From the IMG/VR virus record IMGVR_UViG_3300027759_000045, positions 186,001 through 250,000 of that record: a stretch of 64,000 nucleotides of DNA; one strand, 5' to 3'. Each line of letters opens with the position of its first letter. Within the stretch, counting starts at the first letter, position 1. Position numbers and translations under genes: made by a program. Positions 58,887-64,000 of this stretch are shown here, piece by piece. Below the pieces are notes generated by a model. It was not told the origin of the DNA and did not search any database. It was given only the letters and a program-made list of their open reading frames with translations.

Positions 58887-60728
58887 ATGAGTTTTTTCCA
58901 CAACCTAAACAAAACACTAGACGGCATTGCTGCCCGACCAGAAGCCGCACCGTTAAACGAGCGTGACGAAGGCAAGCCAGGCAAGAACTTTGAGAAGATT
59001 GCCAAAAGTGCCGCAGAACGTTACGGCTCAAAAGAAGCAGGCGAGCGAGTGGCAGGTGCTGTTCGTGCCAAGTTGGCCAAGGCCGGCAAACTAGAAGAGC
59101 AAGACATGGACGAAGGCCTAGGCGATGTGGTGAAGAAAGTTGGCGGCATGGCCAAGAAAGCCGGCAACGCTGTACTGAACAAAGTTGGCCACGGCAGCGA
59201 CGTAGACATGATTCGTGACCTGCAACGCAAAATGGATATGCCACAAACTGGTATGAAGCCTGGTGCTGAATCTAATCCAAAACAAGTTAAAGAAAAACTG
59301 TCACCTGCCAAGCAAAAATCATTTGCCGCACTGGCACCACCTGTAGACAAAATTACTTTTGCTGACAAAATTGCCGGCGCCAAGAAAGAAGTTGACGAAA
59401 TGCTGGGCGACGTTGCTGCCGAAGCCATGCGTAATGCACTGGGTGGCAGACAACAAGTTGCCGACGAAGGCAATGCGTTTACTGGTGCTTTGGCCAAGAC
59501 GCCAAAGGGCGGCAAGTTCAAAATAGGTGGTAAAGAATTCACAGACACCAGCAGTGTGGACGAAGAGGAAGATCTCAATCCGTTTACAAACTACAAAAAT
59601 CCACGTCGAGACACTCCACGAGTTGGTGATGTTACACATGGTGCCAAACACGATACCAAGCACACGGCCACTGGTCGAGTTGTCACTCGTAGAGTTGATG
59701 CGCAAGGCAACTCAGTTGGATCAGAAACAGACGCAGAAGGTAATACCATTGACAAGCGCGGCCGCGGTCGTCCAAAGGGTCCAGAAAAAGGACCAGAGCG
59801 TACAACTGCCAAAGCATACAAGCACAAAGGCGGTCGCAAAGTCAAAGAAGGCGACATGGAAGAAGGCCATGACCAAGGACAAGCACAACAAATTTATAAC
59901 GACCTTGCTGACATTCGAGCAATAGCAAAGCAAGCACAGCGCGGTGGTGAATTCCCACAAGGGTATGCCAGTCGCTTAGAATCTGTGCTGTATGCGGCAA
60001 TGACAATGATTAAAAATCAACAGTCGGGCGACGCACAAGTTAGAGAAGCAGAGTCTACTGCTAAAAAAGATAGCCATGCAGAACGTGCCGGTAAGAAGGT
60101 TGCCAAAGATATCGAGTATGATGAAAAGAAAAAAGATGGTATCCACGGCAAGAAGCGTGGTGCTGAAGATGATAAGGCCGAAAAAGCCGGTAAAAAAGTA
60201 GCCAAAGACATTGAGTATGATGACAAGAAAGACGAAGTCAAAGAAGACGAGCCTAAAAAGTCCAATAGCAAGTTCAAGTTTGGTGGCAGTGTTTACGAAA
60301 CACTGGATGCACAGCTAGAAACTCTGATCACAGAAGGCATGAGTGTCACTGTGAACATGAGTCAAAACTCAGATGACGGCCATCCTGGCAACAAAAGCAT
60401 CACAGTAAATGCTGATGGCGAAGATGCAGAACGCTTGGCAGAATTGTTACAGATGGCCGGCCTAAGTCAGCAATCTGGATCATGCAGTTCATGCGGCTCA
60501 TCACCATGCGGTTGCAATATGGTTGACGAAAACGATCCTAACTGGCCCAGTAACACTGAAACCAGTGACAACGCACTGCAATACTCGGGTGGATTGAATG
60601 GTCCCAAATCCACAGGCCAATCTACTACTCCGGTGCTGGCAAGTCAACTGCGTAGACAAGTCAGTATGGAAGAAAGTGCAAAAGTTGAACAGAACTTGTT
60701 GAACTTATACCGAACATTTGGAAAGTAA
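58887..60728 (+). CDS. Highly charged modular protein with AT-hook; putative processed internal head polyprotein
   Basis: KRGRGRPKG at 59754-59780; duplicated AE.AGKKVAKDIEYD.KK; many hydrophobic-x-E sites. Confidence 0.55.
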   Translation: MSFFHNLNKTLDGIAARPEAAPLNERDEGKPGKNFEKIAKSAAERYGSKEAGERVAGAVRAKLAKAGKLEEQDMDEGLGDVVKKVGGMAKKAGNAVLNKVGHGSDVDMIRDLQRKMDMPQTGMKPGAESNPKQVKEKLSPAKQKSFAALAPPVDKITFADKIAGAKKEVDEMLGDVAAEAMRNALGGRQQVADEGNAFTGALAKTPKGGKFKIGGKEFTDTSSVDEEEDLNPFTNYKNPRRDTPRVGDVTHGAKHDTKHTATGRVVTRRVDAQGNSVGSETDAEGNTIDKRGRGRPKGPEKGPERTTAKAYKHKGGRKVKEGDMEEGHDQGQAQQIYNDLADIRAIAKQAQRGGEFPQGYASRLESVLYAAMTMIKNQQSGDAQVREAESTAKKDSHAERAGKKVAKDIEYDEKKKDGIHGKKRGAEDDKAEKAGKKVAKDIEYDDKKDEVKEDEPKKSNSKFKFGGSVYETLDAQLETLITEGMSVTVNMSQNSDDGHPGNKSITVNADGEDAERLAELLQMAGLSQQSGSCSSCGSSPCGCNMVDENDPNWPSNTETSDNALQYSGGLNGPKSTGQSTTPVLASQLRRQVSMEESAKVEQNLLNLYRTFGK

Positions 60729-60731
60729 ACT

Positions 60732-61025
60732 ATGGCTATTCAAGTAATCAACGCCGCAGGCAACATTGTGTGGACCACAGACAAAGCATCTATTGCTGCC
60801 AACAGTGCAGATGTCACATACCAAATATATGCCACAGCATTAGGGTCAGCCTCTCCTGTTGGTAACTTGTATGCCAACGTGGTCACTGTTCCAAACGGAA
60901 CTGTACAAGAAGTCTATGTTGGTGCAGGCAACCGACTCATTCTTGCCGGAACCACTGTGACTGCCACAGCCCTGGGCACAGCAAGTTCTGCACAGTCAAG
61001 TGTTTACAACGCTGCCGGTGCATAA
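60732..61025 (+). CDS. Small virion-like hypothetical protein
   Basis: 97 aa, Ala/Thr/Val-rich. Confidence 0.6.
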   Translation: MAIQVINAAGNIVWTTDKASIAANSADVTYQIYATALGSASPVGNLYANVVTVPNGTVQEVYVGAGNRLILAGTTVTATALGTASSAQSSVYNAAGA

Positions 61026-61027
61026 AC

Positions 61028-61399
61028 ATGCGAGCCCACGAGTTTCTCATTGAGAAACATACCGGCAAGATTGGTCAACGAAGAAGTCGAGCCACTGTTG
61101 GACTTAATAAGTTTAGAGACAAAGATCTAGCCGATAGAGTTTACGAACTCAATCGAGTCATGATGGCTGCCGCCTGTACAGATGGCACATTTGTTCCAAA
61201 GATAGATCACGAGTCCTGGGCCGGCCGTTACAATGTGGCCATGCCCTACACTGAGGTTGAACAAGACATGATAGAAAAAGCATTCCAAGCAGTGGGTTCA
61301 GACCATCAAGACCTCAACCACGGTGACCTGCGTAGCCAAGAATTAGAGTCTACCAACAAACAAAGTCCTGTAAAAGGATTCCGAGGGTATCCAAGATGA
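61028..61399 (+). CDS. Putative internal head protein, paralog of 61396
   Basis: MRAHEFLIE leader; C-terminal SPVKGFRGYPR. Confidence 0.6.
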   Translation: MRAHEFLIEKHTGKIGQRRSRATVGLNKFRDKDLADRVYELNRVMMAAACTDGTFVPKIDHESWAGRYNVAMPYTEVEQDMIEKAFQAVGSDHQDLNHGDLRSQELESTNKQSPVKGFRGYPR

Positions 61400-61782
61400 G
61401 AGCCCGTGAATTTCTTCGAGAAGAAGCAACACTGCCACCCGAGCAAGCAGATCCTATGAATCATGTGTTTGTGTTGCCGGGCGTACAGTCCTCGGATCCG
61501 TATCAAATATATCGATTTGGTGTAGCACTAGCTCGGGCACGTAGTGATGCTGGAACAGATGACATTACCAACAACCTACCTGCTTGGAGTGCCAAAGCAG
61601 CATTTGGCGAAGATGCAGTGGTTGCTGGATTCAATGGCAGTGTTGGGCCAGTTATTGACCAAGCATTAAAAATGTCCGGTTTACCTGTTGCAAAAATTCA
61701 AATAAGCACACCAAACAGTCTAGAACCCAGTCTAGTAAATAATACTAGCCCTGTTAAAGGCTTCAAAGGATATCCACGATAA
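61396..61782 (+). CDS. Putative internal head protein, paralog of 61028
   Basis: MRAREFLRE leader; C-terminal SPVKGFKGYPR. Confidence 0.6.
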   Translation: MRAREFLREEATLPPEQADPMNHVFVLPGVQSSDPYQIYRFGVALARARSDAGTDDITNNLPAWSAKAAFGEDAVVAGFNGSVGPVIDQALKMSGLPVAKIQISTPNSLEPSLVNNTSPVKGFKGYPR

Positions 61783-62061
61783 ATGGCCAATCCACCACCA
61801 CCATACGACGACATCACAGGCATCAGCCGTGCTGTGATGAAAGACAACGCACAAGTAACAATAGAAAACTATAACGGCAATGCCAGACCTGGCGAACTGG
61901 TAGTTGACCAAAGCACTGATCAAGTGTTTATCGGCAACAGCTCGGGTGCGTTAACACAGATTGCCGCTGGAATTACCAACGGTGGTAGTGCAGGACTTCC
62001 TGCAGGATTTTTGCAATTGGCCTACAATCCCACCACTGGCGAAATTGTATATTACACCTAA
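61783..62061 (+). CDS. Small virion protein
   Basis: RPGELVVD......FIG and YNPTTGEI.Y, fibre-associated motifs. Confidence 0.55.
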   Translation: MANPPPPYDDITGISRAVMKDNAQVTIENYNGNARPGELVVDQSTDQVFIGNSSGALTQIAAGITNGGSAGLPAGFLQLAYNPTTGEIVYYT

Positions 62062-62072
62062 TAAATATCTAC

Positions 62073-62888
62073 ATGAAACAACTATTATTTGCGCTGTTGA
62101 TCGCAGCCACTAACTTATCATATGCGTGGGAACAAAGAGCCCCACTGCCGCCACAGGCCTGCGTGGCACACAGCCCATATGGATTTGCACAAACGCAACG
62201 TCCAGCACAGCCAATTTGCCGCGAAGCATACCTGGTAGGATACGACGCTACTGTTAAGATTCCTGCGTATGTTGCATACACATTACTACCACAAAACGCA
62301 ATAGGTTGCTGGCCACGTACAAATGCTTTTGTAGCAGACAGAAGTATTGTTGGTGGCGCCAAGCCAGATGACTATGCTGGCACAGGCTATGACAAAGGAC
62401 ATGCGGCACCAGATGGTGATTTAAGTTGGAGTGAGATTGTGGAATACGAAAGTTTTTTAATGACAAACATGTATCCTCAACACGGCTCTTTAAATCGGGG
62501 AATATGGAAGTTATTAGAGACGTCCATCAGAGGATGGGCAGTACAGCGAAACCAGGCTTTTACCATATACGTTGGCGCATTTTATGGCGCTGGTGATGAG
62601 TTTATCGGTAACGGTGTTATTGTACCGCACGGCTATTATAAAATTGTAATCAATGATGCCACTGGTGAAATTGCCGGATGGGCATTTCCGCACACTAAAC
62701 CTTATGTTAACTTAGGCAACGATCTAACTAAATTCCGTATGATGATTTCCAGCATTGAAAGCCGAGCAGGCGTTAAGTTTAGTTACCCACCTAAAGCACG
62801 TGAAGTAAGTCCAGGCGCAGAATGGCCTGTTGATTACGGTGCATTAACTAATGCTAAACGTGCCCGCTGCGGCAAGAACGCAGAATAA
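62073..62888 (+). CDS. DNA/RNA non-specific endonuclease (NucA/EndA family) with signal peptide
   Basis: YDKGHAAP, ESFLMTNMYPQ...LNRG.W..LE, VP..YYKI; N-terminal MKQLLFALLIAATNLSYA. Confidence 0.9.
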   Translation: MKQLLFALLIAATNLSYAWEQRAPLPPQACVAHSPYGFAQTQRPAQPICREAYLVGYDATVKIPAYVAYTLLPQNAIGCWPRTNAFVADRSIVGGAKPDDYAGTGYDKGHAAPDGDLSWSEIVEYESFLMTNMYPQHGSLNRGIWKLLETSIRGWAVQRNQAFTIYVGAFYGAGDEFIGNGVIVPHGYYKIVINDATGEIAGWAFPHTKPYVNLGNDLTKFRMMISSIESRAGVKFSYPPKAREVSPGAEWPVDYGALTNAKRARCGKNAE

Positions 62889-62920
62889 TCTATCTCTAGC
62901 CGTGGACATGTAAATACTGC

Positions 62921-64000
62921 ATGTCCAATTTCTACTGTGCCGCACCCTGGCGTGGCCTACATATAAACCCACGTGGTGATGTTAAAACCTGTTGTGCAGG
63001 TAATCCCAACATGCTGGGAAACTTAAACACTCAAAACATTGTTGAAATACTCAATAGTGATCTTATGTCTGAAATACGGTCAAGTTTGTCCCAGGGTATT
63101 CCTCATGAGTATTGTTCAAATTGTGTAAAAGCAGAACGCTTTGGTGCAGACTCTGAGCGGGCCTGGCACAACAATGTAAATCCTGGGTTTGATTATGCCA
63201 CTGCTGGCAGTGAATATCATTATCCTGTTATTGTAGATGTACGGTGGAATACAACATGTAATTTAAGTTGTAACTATTGCGGCGAAGCCTGCAGTTCAAA
63301 GTGGGCTGGCCTAAAAGGTATTCCAGTCAAGTCAGGCACAAGACCTTACTATGATGCAGTGTGTGATTTTATTGAACAACACTATGAACACATACACGAA
63401 GTGGCATTGGTTGGCGGCGAGCCACTGTTACTGCCAGAGAATAATCGACTGCTAGATGTAATACCAAAAGATGCAATTGTTACACTGATTACAAATCTCA
63501 GTGGCGAACTTGAAAACAACAAAATATTTCAAAAGTTAGCAACACGAAATCGAGTTGGCTGGAGCATGAGCTTTGACAACATTGGTGAAAGATTGGAATA
63601 TGTGCGTCACGGCGCCGAGTGGTCGCAGATCAAACACAATCTTGGGTTGATCAAAGGATTAATGACCGCACAGGGCCAGTGGGGAGGCATACATGCTGTG
63701 TACAACATCTACAATGCCACACGTATTTGTGAACTGCGACAGTTTGCAGAAGACACTGGAACTACAGTGCTGTGGCAGAACCTATTTCAGCCTGAATACC
63801 TAGATCCGTTCTTGCATGGTCCAGTAGTTGCGGCCGAAGCCATTGCCGAGATTGAACGTTTCTATGCAATGGGCATTGCTACCACTGCTGAAAAAATGTT
63901 CTTTGACAATGCACTAGACATGTATCACAAGGTCACACAAGCCCGCCCTGGAATTGAACAACAATTCCGTGATCATATTTTTCTAAACGAAACCAAGTAT
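62921..64000 (+). CDS. Radical SAM protein with N-terminal SPASM/twitch-like domain (runs off window end)
   Basis: Not in the track. Hand-translated MSNFYCAAPWRGLHINPRGDVKTCC...CSNC...DVRWNTTCNLSCNYC...SSKW...LVGGEPLL...ITNL...SFD...EYVRHG..W. Confidence 0.88.
   Translation, partial: MSNFYCAAPWRGLHINPRGDVKTCCAGNPNMLGNLNTQNIVEILNSDLMSEIRSSLSQGIPHEYCSNCVKAERFGADSERAWHNNVNPGFDYATAGSEYHYPVIVDVRWNTTCNLSCNYCGEACSSKWAGLKGIPVKSGTRPYYDAVCDFIEQHYEHIHEVALVGGEPLLLPENNRLLDVIPKDAIVTLITNLSGELENNKIFQKLATRNRVGWSMSFDNIGERLEYVRHGAEWSQIKHNLGLIKGLMTAQGQWGGIHAVYNIYNATRICELRQFAEDTGTTVLWQNLFQPEYLDPFLHGPVVAAEAIAEIERFYAMGIATTAEKMFFDNALDMYHKVTQARPGIEQQFRDHIFLNETKY

Noticed and set aside
1-64000. Stop-codon reassignment
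   Set aside because: Core genes translate full length in the standard code and end in TAA, TGA or TAG.
1-64000. tRNA, tmRNA or rRNA genes
   Set aside because: No cloverleaf with a T-loop and CCA end, and no rRNA-like sequence, seen in any intergenic gap.

Overview
64 kb of a large T4-like (myovirus-type, Caudoviricetes) phage genome, standard genetic code, with no tRNA, rRNA or CRISPR seen. All product calls come from motif recall; no database searches were run. The window holds a gp55-like late sigma factor, gp47/gp46 recombination nuclease genes, the head module (gp20 portal, gp21 protease, gp22 scaffold, gp23 capsid), a ~17 kb block of fibre/decoration proteins, neck and tail genes (gp13, gp14, gp15, gp18, gp19, gp54-like, gp4) and probable internal head proteins. 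Accessory enzymes are interspersed: 3 radical SAM, a TPR-glycosyltransferase, an SGNH-like protein, a Nudix hydrolase, a secreted nuclease and an HNH homing endonuclease. Main observations: (1) a ~390 nt densely structured, apparently pseudoknotted non-coding element right after a minimal GIY-YIG nuclease gene; (2) a probable -1 frameshift (T TTT TTC) fusing the gp26-like and gp51-like ORFs next to the tape-measure gene; (3) ten genes with a TAAATA/TAAGTA box only 4-5 nt before the ATG, i.e. leaderless late mRNAs; (4) a DUF1415-like / ATE-Bpt-like aminoacyl transferase / small barrel cassette; (5) an abrupt codon-usage shift at the gp23 3' end next to an HNH gene; (6) candidate capsid-targeted internal proteins, including a putative gp21-processed polyprotein.
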